Below the pieces are notes generated by a model. That model had not been told where the DNA came from. It saw nothing but the letters and a program-made list of their open reading frames with translations, and did not search any database. Source: Spirochaetota bacterium (GTDB taxonomy: Bacteria > Spirochaetota > UBA4802 > UB4802). From it: a stretch of 64,000 bases of DNA. The stretch lies in the NCBI GenBank assembly GCA_029907515.1, contig JARYLT010000006.1, positions 62 to 64,061 on the forward strand. The letters run 5' to 3'. Below are positions 20,960-30,171 of the stretch, one piece after another (the first letter of the stretch is position 1; every line of letters starts with the position of its first letter). Made by a program: the position numbers and the translations under genes.

Positions 20960-21137
20960 CTTAGCTCAAAAAATACAGAGTTATTTCCCAAAGTTCTATC
21001 TTGCGGGCGGTACAGCCATCATGATTAAGTACAATCACCGTATTAGTTATGATCTGGATTTTTTCAGCTTTCAGTCTTTTTCATATACTGAACTATCATG
21101 GCCAAAGCTACAAAATTTATCTATGTGCAATATGTAG
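20940..21137 (+). pseudogene. N-terminal fragment (65 aa) of an AbiEii/AbiGii-family nucleotidyltransferase toxin
   Basis: FYLAGGTAIMIKYNHRISYDLDFFSF matches the conserved N-terminal GGTAL...R.S.DLDFF core of PF08843. The ORF stops after 65 aa, whereas family members are about 250-300 aa. Confidence 0.5.
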
Positions 21138-21193
21138 TTTTGATGATTACGGTGATCTTCCTGATTGTGTTAAAGACGTCTTACTTTCCCTTA

Positions 21194-23527
21194 TTATTCC
21201 GGCTTAAACCTTTTCAGTGCAAGTGACAACGTAACCACAGTAACTGAACTCAATGCCATTGCAGCGCCTGCAAATTCTGGTTTGATTAAAAATCCTGTAA
21301 ATGGATACAGTATTCCTGCTGCAACAGGTACCAGTAGCATATTGTATGCAAATGCCCAGAATATATTCTGCTTAATCCTTTTCATAACTTTTACTGCCAA
21401 ATCAAAATACGTAACCACATCAGCTAACCTGTTTCGCAATAACACCACATCTCCTGCTTCAATGGCAACATCTGTACCTGCACCCATGGCAATGCCAATA
21501 TCAGCCTGCGCTAACACCGGTGCATCATTAATGCCATCTCCCACAAAAGCCACAACATCACCATTGTTTTGAAGCTTCATTACAATCTTCATCTTTGCTT
21601 CAGGAGTAACATCAGAATATACGTCATCAACACCAACTTCTTTAGCTATTGCATCGGCTGCCTGCCTGTTGTCACCGGTAATCATTATCGTCTTTTTCCC
21701 TTTAGCTTTAAGCTTTTGTAATGTTACCCTGGCTTCCTGCTTTGGTTTGTCAGCAAGAGTAATAATACCCAGTGGTTTTGAATCAGCTACAACCAGTACG
21801 GTTTTACCCTGTTTTTCAAACACAGTAATATGGTGTTCGATAGCTCCGGTATCAACTCCTTCTGTAATAAAAGCCAAGCTGCCAGCAACAATATTTCTTC
21901 CATCTATCGTACCCATAACACCCTTGCCCTCAAAAACCTTCACTTCCTCTGCATCCTTGAAAAGCACACCGTTGTCTCTGGCATACTGCACCACCGCATC
22001 TCCAACAGGGTGATTGGCATACCGTTCAAGCGTTGCACATAAAGAAATAAGTTCATCATGCTGCTCATTGAGGGCCACAACATCAATAACAGTAAGCTTT
22101 CCTGTAGTAAGAGTGCCTGTTTTATCAAAGACAACTGTAGTAACATTGCTTGCCTTCTCCAGTGCTTCAGCATTTTTAATAAGAATCCCCAACTCAGCAC
22201 CCCTCCCAAGACCAACCGTCACAGCAGTGGGAGTTGCAAGTCCCAACGCGCACGGGCAAGCTATAACGATAACTGCAACAAAAACCTGAAACGCAAAACT
22301 GGCATTGCCGGTAAACACATACCACAACACCGAAGCTACAAAAGCAATAATCAGTATGACAGGAATAAAATACCCTACAACTCTGTCAGCAAACCGCTGC
22401 ATTGCTGGTTTTGACTCTTGAGCCTGCTGTACCAGTGAAATAATCCGTGAGAGTACAGAATCGCTTCCCAGTACCTGTGCCTGTATTACAAGAAGATTGT
22501 TTTTATTCAGTGTTCCACCAATAACCCTGTCACCTTCCTTTTTATACACCGGCACCGATTCACCAGTTACCATTGATTCATCAATGTACCCAGCACCTTT
22601 TATAATCACACCATCAACCGGTACACGCGACTGTGGTTTTACAATGATACTGTCACCCACAACGACATCTTCAGTTTTAATTTCAATTTCATTGTTATCA
22701 CGTATAACAGTAGCCGTGTCGGGTTTAAGCGATAGTAACTTTTTAATGGTCCCTGATGTTCTTGACCTGGCTCTATCCTCTAAATACTTCCCAATATTAA
22801 GAAATGTTGCTAAAAAAATAGCTGTTTCATACACAAAAAACTCATGCGGTAAAATACCAAACGTAGCACATACACTTGCTACAAACGATACACCCGTGCC
22901 CATGGCATACATAACATCCATGGATAAAACCCTGTTTTTAAGTGCATGGTAGGCATGGACAAAAATATGAAAACTTATAAACACAAATACAGGCATAGAG
23001 AGGACAGCAGCCACCCAGTGACTGAAAACTCCCGGTACATACATCATTGCCATCAGTATACTTCCAGCTATAAGCCCGGTAATAATCTGAACCAATCGAA
23101 TGTTATAAGGTTTTTGCTCTCCGGCATCCGAGCCTAAAAACTGATACCCTGCTTCTTCAACTTTTGTTTTAATATCTTCAGTGGTAACGATGTGGGGAGT
23201 AACAATCAGTGTGGCTTTCCCCGTTGCATAGTTAACTGAAACATCAAGAATACCTTCTAAATCCATAACACTACGAGTGACCGCTTTTGAGCACATAACA
23301 CAACTCATCCCTCCAATGGAAGCCTGCAGTATTTCTTTTTCCACATATAAGCCGGCAGCTTCTAATGTTTCCAGTATCTGTGCCGGACTTACCACAGAAC
23401 TATCGTACACAATACTGTATTTTTTGTTTTTATATTCTATATGGCTTATACCCTGAACAGTGGACAATATATTCTGCACCACCTGAAGGGAAGTATCCTG
23501 TATTCCTGTAATGAGTGTTTTTTGCAT
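21194..23527 (-). CDS. copA: Copper-translocating P1B-type ATPase
   Basis: An N-terminal HMA domain with GMSCVMC is followed by the CPC transport motif (ACPCALGLATP), DKTGTLT phosphorylation site and GDGINDAP. It is 777 aa. Confidence 0.9.
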   Translation of the reverse strand: MQKTLITGIQDTSLQVVQNILSTVQGISHIEYKNKKYSIVYDSSVVSPAQILETLEAAGLYVEKEILQASIGGMSCVMCSKAVTRSVMDLEGILDVSVNYATGKATLIVTPHIVTTEDIKTKVEEAGYQFLGSDAGEQKPYNIRLVQIITGLIAGSILMAMMYVPGVFSHWVAAVLSMPVFVFISFHIFVHAYHALKNRVLSMDVMYAMGTGVSFVASVCATFGILPHEFFVYETAIFLATFLNIGKYLEDRARSRTSGTIKKLLSLKPDTATVIRDNNEIEIKTEDVVVGDSIIVKPQSRVPVDGVIIKGAGYIDESMVTGESVPVYKKEGDRVIGGTLNKNNLLVIQAQVLGSDSVLSRIISLVQQAQESKPAMQRFADRVVGYFIPVILIIAFVASVLWYVFTGNASFAFQVFVAVIVIACPCALGLATPTAVTVGLGRGAELGILIKNAEALEKASNVTTVVFDKTGTLTTGKLTVIDVVALNEQHDELISLCATLERYANHPVGDAVVQYARDNGVLFKDAEEVKVFEGKGVMGTIDGRNIVAGSLAFITEGVDTGAIEHHITVFEKQGKTVLVVADSKPLGIITLADKPKQEARVTLQKLKAKGKKTIMITGDNRQAADAIAKEVGVDDVYSDVTPEAKMKIVMKLQNNGDVVAFVGDGINDAPVLAQADIGIAMGAGTDVAIEAGDVVLLRNRLADVVTYFDLAVKVMKRIKQNIFWAFAYNMLLVPVAAGILYPFTGFLIKPEFAGAAMALSSVTVVTLSLALKRFKPE

Positions 23528-23780
23528 ATTAAGATTCCTCTTAAATTCTTAATTAGTATAATATACTACACCTACACTACAAAATCAACAATAGATTTAC
23601 AAAAGATGTTATTTGCATAAATTAAATAATCATATCATGTTAAAGGGATTACGAGATTGCCGGGATGAAAAACACTGGCAAAAAATGATAGAGCATAAAA
23701 TTTTTTAAAAAAAAGCATAATCTTTTGATTTATATCATTGTCAACATGCAATAGTACAAATATTAAAATAAGCTTTTCAT

Positions 23781-24164
23781 TTATACAAAATCAATACCTA
23801 TAATAAGCTCATCATCCCTTTGCTGGATGCTTAAGGGGTTATGCTCCAGATGGTTTTTAATAGCATTAATAGTTTCTTCTGCACTTGTATCACTATACTT
23901 CTGTATAAAAGTTTTTAGGTCATTGTACTCATCCTCAAACTGCACTGGATTAAATTCTTCAAAAATACCATCAGTAAATAAAAACAATGTATCCTTATGG
24001 TTAAAATTAAACGTTGAACAATCCATAACCCCACCAGTTGCAGCATGAGGTGAGAAAAATACTTCCGAAGGCGAACAGCCACATACATTACACACACTTA
24101 CATAACATATTAAAAAAACACCAAACAATCGTAATGTAGATGGCGAGATTGGTTTTGCTTTCAT
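23781..24164 (-). pseudogene. C-terminal fragment of a PP2C/SpoIIE-family phosphatase, possibly expressed as a small lipoprotein-like ORF
   Basis: LFLFTDGIFEEF and the C-terminal QQRDDELIIGIDFV match the PP2C C-terminal motifs (yTDGvtEa; DDiTllvl). The N-terminal catalytic half is missing. Confidence 0.35.
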
Positions 24165-24423
24165 AGTGTTATATTTGGATTTTTAAAAATAAAAATACTC
24201 TACAATTGCAATTGTGAGGCATAATGAGGGGAATATCTTTCCTTATATAGAACATTATCAACAATCTAAATCAGCAATATCTTTTGAATAATTGCTAATA
24301 TAAATATAATTGTCAATCATACTATACATATACAACTATTTTGTCAATAAATATTTATTGCATCTCAATTCAATAACGTTCCTCCATCATAACAATATTT
24401 TGAAATATATAGCAATACTGTTG

Positions 24424-25509
24424 TTATTGATATCTCACATCAGTAATCGTAAACGTAAACCATGTAAAAGGACCATCTTTTAGCATCCATGTGGCATCAA
24501 AGGTTGTTGGGATTTTTATACCATGAAATTCACCATAGCCTTTAACAGTTGCAACCCACTCTGTAGGTTTGTCATCATTAATGTCTTTATATCGCATTGC
24601 CACAAATTTAATCAGTTCCCCTTTTGAATTAAAATAAAAAACAGCACTGCCTGTTACACCCCTGTATGTAATTGTTGCCCTGGCACTTGATTCATCAATT
24701 GCTTCCCAGTGTATATAGGGTTTGAGTGCTGCCTGAGGAAACCATGAAATTTCACCCAGAAACCGTTGTAAAGCCGATTGATGAATTTTGAAATTATCGC
24801 CAGCTACCGCTATTGGTATAAGCCCTATTAACTTTATCTTCATTTCTCCCTTGCCATCTACAAACATATCCCTGCCAATAACAGGAAGCAGATATATATT
24901 CATGCTTACCTTCCAGATGAATGAAGGGATAGTAACCGTAAAGTACTGTTGTGAATACGATTTAAACCATTGCTTTTGCTCGGGATTTAATCTCATTTCA
25001 CCTTTCTGTGTAATATACACTGTACTCACCATTTCTTTCCCAACAACACCAGAGTATCTGAGCCATCGTTGAACCGGTGCCGGGTAGCTAGTAATCATAT
25101 TTTCAGTGATAATTTTTTCTGCAGGCTTTTCAGAATATGCTTCCTGTGCTAACATTACCTGAATTTCTTTTTCAACCTGATGGTTAAAAAACCAGATTCC
25201 ACATCCACCAACCACAACGATGAGAATGATGATATTGGGCAATGTTCCGTATTTTGCGTCCTGCCAGCTTGTAACAATTAAAACCTGTGACAAAAGTATG
25301 GCGATAGTTCCTGTCAATAACCACATGTCATTATCAGTAATATACAAAAAAGCTGTGGCTATCATCGCAAAGCTTGCCATCAGCCAGACTATACCGGTAA
25401 GTTTGCTTATTGCAGGCAATTGAGGTATTGCATACCCCAAAGATTTTAAAAACCCAAGAACATGAATCAGACCATGAAGTATAACAATAAAAAAGATTAT
25501 ATATTTCAT
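24424..25509 (-). CDS. Hypothetical membrane protein (4 N-terminal TM helices plus a ~240-aa soluble domain)
   Basis: Hydrophobic N-terminal helices are present. I recognise no catalytic motif. Confidence 0.45.
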   Translation of the reverse strand: MKYIIFFIVILHGLIHVLGFLKSLGYAIPQLPAISKLTGIVWLMASFAMIATAFLYITDNDMWLLTGTIAILLSQVLIVTSWQDAKYGTLPNIIILIVVVGGCGIWFFNHQVEKEIQVMLAQEAYSEKPAEKIITENMITSYPAPVQRWLRYSGVVGKEMVSTVYITQKGEMRLNPEQKQWFKSYSQQYFTVTIPSFIWKVSMNIYLLPVIGRDMFVDGKGEMKIKLIGLIPIAVAGDNFKIHQSALQRFLGEISWFPQAALKPYIHWEAIDESSARATITYRGVTGSAVFYFNSKGELIKFVAMRYKDINDDKPTEWVATVKGYGEFHGIKIPTTFDATWMLKDGPFTWFTFTITDVRYQ

Positions 25510-25729
25510 ATGTTGCCTCCTAAAAATACGTATTGATAAGAACTTTCAAATACAGCTATTAAGGGTGAGATTGTTGATATGTTCACCTTTTATCTATGAG
25601 CCTACCTCTAAAACAGTATTATCTCCCTTAATTGAAATTTGCAATATATAAAAAAATATAAAAAAGTTATTGATACTATTTATATTGCTGCATTAAAATG
25701 AAAGCACCTTATACCATAAGGAATATATC

Positions 25730-25816
25730 ATGAAAACACAAAAACGAATACTGGCAATCACTGGAGCATTTGGGTATGTTGGTTCGCGTGTCATAGAAAG
25801 GCTTAAAAAGATTTAA
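25730..25816 (+). pseudogene. 28-codon N-terminal stub of an NAD-dependent epimerase/dehydratase (Rossmann ITGAFGYVGSRV)
   Basis: An AAGGA RBS is followed by ATG and MKTQKRILAITGAFGYVGSRVIERLKKI and then a stop. It sits in a 520-bp intergenic gap. Confidence 0.4.
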
Positions 25817-26030
25817 ACCACGTTATTCATCAGAGCAGGCAATTAGAGCTTATTTATCTTCTACTACATAAAATCAATTACCTCATAAACAACTACGGGC
25901 TCTTCCTTGCCTTTAACCTTTGTTTTAAATTTTCGTCCCCAGGTAAGATATTAGGGGCATATTTTACTACTTCTATTAATTACTTGACAGGAAAACAGTC
26001 AAAATATAGATTTGCCATTCTGTAATAAAA

Positions 26031-26930
26031 GTGCTATTAATGATTGATAGTATAAAAGCCTACGCAAAAATAAATCTTCATCTTGAAGTATTGAATAAAA
26101 GGCCTGACGGCTACCACAACATCTGTAGCGTCATGGCAAAAGTCGATATTTTTGATCTTTTACAACTTGAACAATATGAAGTGTGTAAACCTGGTGTGGT
26201 CACCACTTCATTGCAGTGTACGGGTGGGCGCAACGCATCTGTTATGGACAACATCCCTGCAAGGGAAAATCTTATTGCAAAAGCTGTTGAAATGTACTGT
26301 TACCATGCTGGTATAGGATTGCAGGTCGCTATCGCCATTCAGAAAAATATACCATCCCAGGCGGGATTAGCCGGGGGCAGTACTGATGCTGCCGCAACGT
26401 TGCTGCTTCTTAATAATAAGCTGAAACATTTTAATGAACAGGAACTTATGGCGATAGCTCATAGAATTGGGGCTGATGTCCCATTTTGCCTTAACGGGAA
26501 TGTTGCACTGTGTGAGGGTATAGGCGAAATAGTAACACCATTGCCACCAATAGCTCTGCCTGCATCCATAATTATTATCTATGATGAAATTCATTGTAAT
26601 ACCAAACAGGCTTATGCTGACCTCAAACGAGGCACTCATCCAGTAGCTTCCTGTAAAGACTTAATTCTTTCATTATGGACAAAAGGTGACAGTCAATCAT
26701 TGCTGAAAATATTTAAAAATGATTTTCAGAATATTATATTTAACAACAATCCCGGGCTTGTTACTGTATATAATACTCTGAAACATTTTCAACCTGACTT
26801 TGTTCAGATGACAGGGAGTGGATCTGCAATTTTTGCACTTTTTTTTGATGCAGAACACGCTGAAAATGTTTGCAACCAGATTCAAACCCAATTTTCACAG
26901 GTTTTTTTTACCAAATTATTAATGATATAA
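26031..26930 (+). CDS. ispE: 4-(cytidine 5'-diphospho)-2-C-methyl-D-erythritol kinase
   Basis: AKINLHLEVLNKRPDGYHNI is the IspE N-terminal signature, and GLAGGSTDAAA is the GHMP kinase motif. Confidence 0.85.
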   Translation: MLLMIDSIKAYAKINLHLEVLNKRPDGYHNICSVMAKVDIFDLLQLEQYEVCKPGVVTTSLQCTGGRNASVMDNIPARENLIAKAVEMYCYHAGIGLQVAIAIQKNIPSQAGLAGGSTDAAATLLLLNNKLKHFNEQELMAIAHRIGADVPFCLNGNVALCEGIGEIVTPLPPIALPASIIIIYDEIHCNTKQAYADLKRGTHPVASCKDLILSLWTKGDSQSLLKIFKNDFQNIIFNNNPGLVTVYNTLKHFQPDFVQMTGSGSAIFALFFDAEHAENVCNQIQTQFSQVFFTKLLMI

Positions 26931-26960
26931 TAAAAATTATTACTATATTATATCTAATAA

Positions 26961-27032
26961 TGAGGTGTAGCCAAGCGGTACGGCACCGGGTTTTGGTCCC
27001 GGCATTCCCAGGTTCGAATCCTGGCACCTCAG
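26961..27032 (+). tRNA. tRNA-Gln (anticodon UUG)
   Basis: I folded it manually. The acceptor stem is TGAGGTG/CACCTCA, the anticodon stem is CCGGG/CCCGG with loop UUUUGGU (anticodon UUG), and the T-arm is CCAGG-TTCGAAT-CCTGG. CCA is not encoded. The body closely resembles E. coli tRNA-Gln. Confidence 0.85.
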
Positions 27033-27045
27033 ATTTTTTATTTTA

Positions 27046-27807
27046 TTGGTACCATGTATGGATAGTAATTGTAAAGCTATAGTCCTTGCTGCGGGTAAAG
27101 GCGTACGAATGCAATCTGAAATGCCCAAGGTATTGCACCACCTGGGTGGCAAACCACTGGTTCTTCATGTTATTGATAATTTGATACATGCAGGTCTTAA
27201 AGAAGAAGATATCATTGTTGTGGTTGGCTACAGAGGTGAAGACGTTATACAGGCAATAGGTAACAGAGCACGATTTGTATGGCAAAAAGAACAATTAGGA
27301 ACAGGGCATGCAGTTATGCAGGCCGAACCTGTATTACAGGCATATAATGGTATCGTTATTGTTGCCTGTGGCGATGTGCCGTTAATAAAGCCTGAAACGT
27401 TTTCAATGCTTTTTTCTACAGCCAATGACCCAAAAACCGGAGCAGTTGTGCTTACCATGGAACTAGAAAATCCCTTTGGCTATGGGCGGATAATACGCGA
27501 TGATAACGGTAACCTGCAAAGAATCGTGGAAGAAAAGGATGCAGACCCTGTGCAAAAAGCAATCCATGAAGTTAATACAGGAACCTATGCATTTAAATCA
27601 CAGCTTCTTTTCAAGGGTTTAAAAACTGTTACTACTGAAAATGCACAGAGAGAATACTATCTTCCTGATGCATTAACATATATCCGGTCAACCGGTAATA
27701 CTGTCAAAATTATTAAATTACATGATCCAATAGAAGGCAGTGGTATAAATTCAAAAGCGGAATTAGAAAAACTTGAAGATATTATTTCTAAAAAAAGTAA
27801 CAATTAA
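27046..27807 (+). CDS. Sugar-1-phosphate nucleotidyltransferase matching the GlmU N-terminal uridyltransferase domain only
   Basis: KAIVLAAGKGVRMQSEMPKVLH is the GlmU-type signature. At 253 aa it lacks the left-handed beta-helix acetyltransferase domain. It sits in the conserved glmU-prs-ctc-pth context. Confidence 0.6.
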   Translation: MVPCMDSNCKAIVLAAGKGVRMQSEMPKVLHHLGGKPLVLHVIDNLIHAGLKEEDIIVVVGYRGEDVIQAIGNRARFVWQKEQLGTGHAVMQAEPVLQAYNGIVIVACGDVPLIKPETFSMLFSTANDPKTGAVVLTMELENPFGYGRIIRDDNGNLQRIVEEKDADPVQKAIHEVNTGTYAFKSQLLFKGLKTVTTENAQREYYLPDALTYIRSTGNTVKIIKLHDPIEGSGINSKAELEKLEDIISKKSNN

Positions 27808-27822
27808 AAAAAAGGGTTTTAT

Positions 27823-28770
27823 ATGATATATCCAATAAAACTATTTTCCGGAACTTCAAATTTCCCGTTAGCCCAAGAAATAGCACAATATTTAGGCATT
27901 GAACTTTCAGAAATTGAAATTAAAAAATTTAAGGACGGGGAAATATCTGTCAAGATTCTTGAAAACGTGCGAAGCGTTGATGTTTTTTTAATACAATCCA
28001 CCAGTAACCCTGCAAATGACAACATCATGGAATTGCTGCTTATGGTGGATGCTGCCATGCGAGCTTCAGCACAGCGAATTACTGCTGTTATCCCTTACTA
28101 CGGCTATGCTCGCCAGGATCGAAAGGTTGAGCCCCGGGTTCCCATTTCAGCAAAATTAGTTGCAAATATGTTGCAGGCTGCTGGGGTGGACCGAATTCTT
28201 ACCATGGAGTTACACTCTGATCAGATACAGGGCTTTTTTGACATTCCGGTGGATAATCTTTTTGCATCGCCACTGGTGATTGAATATGTACGAGAACTCA
28301 ATATACCAAATCCCACAGTAGTATCACCGGATGCTGGTGGAACTGAACGTGCACGGTTTTTAGCAAGGAATATTGGTGCAGAATTAGCGATAGTAGATAA
28401 GCGAAGGCCTGAACCCAATAAATCCGAGGTAATGAATATCATTGGCGAAGAAAGTGTAAAAAACCACAACTGTATATTAATTGACGATATGATTGATACA
28501 GCAGGTTCCATAACACAGGCAGCACACGCATTACGGGAAAATGGCGCAAAGGATATATACTGTATTGCAACGCATGCAGTATTATCTGAAAATGCTACTG
28601 AAAAGCTTAAAAAAGCAGATTTTAAAGAAATCATTTTGACGAATACAATTGATATATCAGAAAAGAAACTTCTGCCAAACATGAAAATATTATCAATGGC
28701 TCCACTGTTTGGTGAAGCTATACGTCGCATACATAACGGCGAATCAGTTAGTTCATTGTTTGTCCGATAG
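27823..28770 (+). CDS. prs: Ribose-phosphate pyrophosphokinase
   Basis: The PRPP synthetase N-terminal domain and the PRPP-binding loop DDMIDTAGS are present. It is 315 aa. Confidence 0.9.
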   Translation: MIYPIKLFSGTSNFPLAQEIAQYLGIELSEIEIKKFKDGEISVKILENVRSVDVFLIQSTSNPANDNIMELLLMVDAAMRASAQRITAVIPYYGYARQDRKVEPRVPISAKLVANMLQAAGVDRILTMELHSDQIQGFFDIPVDNLFASPLVIEYVRELNIPNPTVVSPDAGGTERARFLARNIGAELAIVDKRRPEPNKSEVMNIIGEESVKNHNCILIDDMIDTAGSITQAAHALRENGAKDIYCIATHAVLSENATEKLKKADFKEIILTNTIDISEKKLLPNMKILSMAPLFGEAIRRIHNGESVSSLFVR

Positions 28771-28843
28771 TTGAAAAAATTTATTATTGAATTTTATAAC
28801 ATTTTCACTATAATGTATATTAAATAATTTAAAAGAGGTTGAT

Positions 28844-29467
28844 ATGGAAGCACACGTTTTACCAGTTGAAACAAGAACCCAGATAGGGAAAAATGCAAAT
28901 CATAAGCTCAGAGCACAGGGGTATATACCTGCAGTATTGTACTCTCATGGTGAATCTCAGACCATAATGGTTCAGAAGAAAAACTTCTTTAAAATTTTTA
29001 AAGGCCATATATCCGAAAATGTCCTTATAGACCTTGACATTAAAGATTCTAAAGGCTCTCCAGTTAAAGCCTTTGTCAAGGATTACCAGCGACATCCCAT
29101 AACAGACGAAATACTGCACGTAGATTTTTTTAGAGTAACCATGACCGAAGCTATTTCTACAAAAGTACCTGTGGAAATTAGCGGAATTTCTATTGGTGTT
29201 AAACAGGGTGGCATACTTGAAATTATTGAGCGTGAAATTGAGGTTGAATGTCTTCCTGCAGATTTACCAGAAAAAATTACTATCGATGTAACAAATCTTT
29301 CAATGGGGCAATCTATACATGTAAAGGATATTGCTGCTCCAAAAGGTGTTACAATTCTTAGCACCCCTGATACAGTAATTGTAGCTGTTCTTGCACCTCA
29401 TAAGGCAGCTGAAGAAGTTGCACAGCCAGTTGCAGAAGAAGTTCAGCCTGCTGAAGAGCAGCAATAA
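28844..29467 (+). CDS. rplY: 50S ribosomal protein L25 / general stress protein Ctc
   Basis: It has the L25/Ctc fold length and an acidic Ala/Glu-rich C-terminal tail. Its position between prs and pth fits. Confidence 0.8.
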   Translation: MEAHVLPVETRTQIGKNANHKLRAQGYIPAVLYSHGESQTIMVQKKNFFKIFKGHISENVLIDLDIKDSKGSPVKAFVKDYQRHPITDEILHVDFFRVTMTEAISTKVPVEISGISIGVKQGGILEIIEREIEVECLPADLPEKITIDVTNLSMGQSIHVKDIAAPKGVTILSTPDTVIVAVLAPHKAAEEVAQPVAEEVQPAEEQQ

Positions 29468-29491
29468 CACTCTATTGCAAGGAGTATATAA

Positions 29492-30106
29492 TTGAAGCTA
29501 ATCGTAGGATTTGGAAATCCAGGCGAAGAATATTTCAACAACAGACAAAACATTGGATTTAAGGTTGTCGATATTCTTGGTAATAACGAGAATATCGACA
29601 TCCGCATTAAAAAGAAAAAATCAATTATAGGCCGTGGCAAGATTTCTGGCGAAGATGTTGTTTTGCTAAAACCTCAAACCTTTGTTACCCTTTTAGGTGA
29701 GTCTGTTCTTTACATTGCTTCTTTTCTACGAATAAATGTACGTGATATCATATGTGTGCTGGAAGACCCATCCCTGCCACTTGGCGAGATACGAATAGAC
29801 TCCATCATGTCAAAGCTAAAACACCCGGGAATTGAATCCATTACCCGCGCGTTAAAATCTGACAGGTTTGCTAAGGTTAGAATAGGTATTGGCTATCCTA
29901 AAAAAGGCGTGACCATGGAAGAACATCTTCTCAATGATTTTTCTGAAGATGAAAATTTTATACTAATAGATGTACTTAACAAAGCTGAAGAAGTGGTCAG
30001 AATGCTAATAACTCATAGCATTGAAGATGTTCAGAATAAATATAATCCAGAAGGCGCCCCAAAAATCAAGAAACGTCAACTTCCGAAAATACGTATTCGG
30101 CGATAA
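29492..30106 (+). CDS. pth: Peptidyl-tRNA hydrolase
   Basis: LIVGFGNPGEEYFNNRQNIGF matches the Pth signature LIVGLGNPGxxYxxTRHN. The start is TTG. Confidence 0.85.
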   Translation: MKLIVGFGNPGEEYFNNRQNIGFKVVDILGNNENIDIRIKKKKSIIGRGKISGEDVVLLKPQTFVTLLGESVLYIASFLRINVRDIICVLEDPSLPLGEIRIDSIMSKLKHPGIESITRALKSDRFAKVRIGIGYPKKGVTMEEHLLNDFSEDENFILIDVLNKAEEVVRMLITHSIEDVQNKYNPEGAPKIKKRQLPKIRIRR

Positions 30107-30171
30107 TTCCTGTAATTCAACTTGCTTTTCAAACCATCCGATAATACTACTAAACAGTCAAAACAACTAAT

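Noticed and set aside
21173-21182. A perfect 10-bp palindrome, AAGACGTCTT, 12 bp downstream of the copA stop.
   Set aside because: It is too short and loop-less to form a terminator hairpin. It contains a trivial GACGTC hexamer, and there is no second copy or operator-like spacing.
23528-23780. A 23-codon ORF, MLKGLRDCRDEKHWQKMIEHKIF, in the copA upstream region, considered as a possible metal-sensing leader peptide.
   Set aside because: It has no RBS and no Cys/His metal-binding pattern beyond a single Cys. It is most likely chance.
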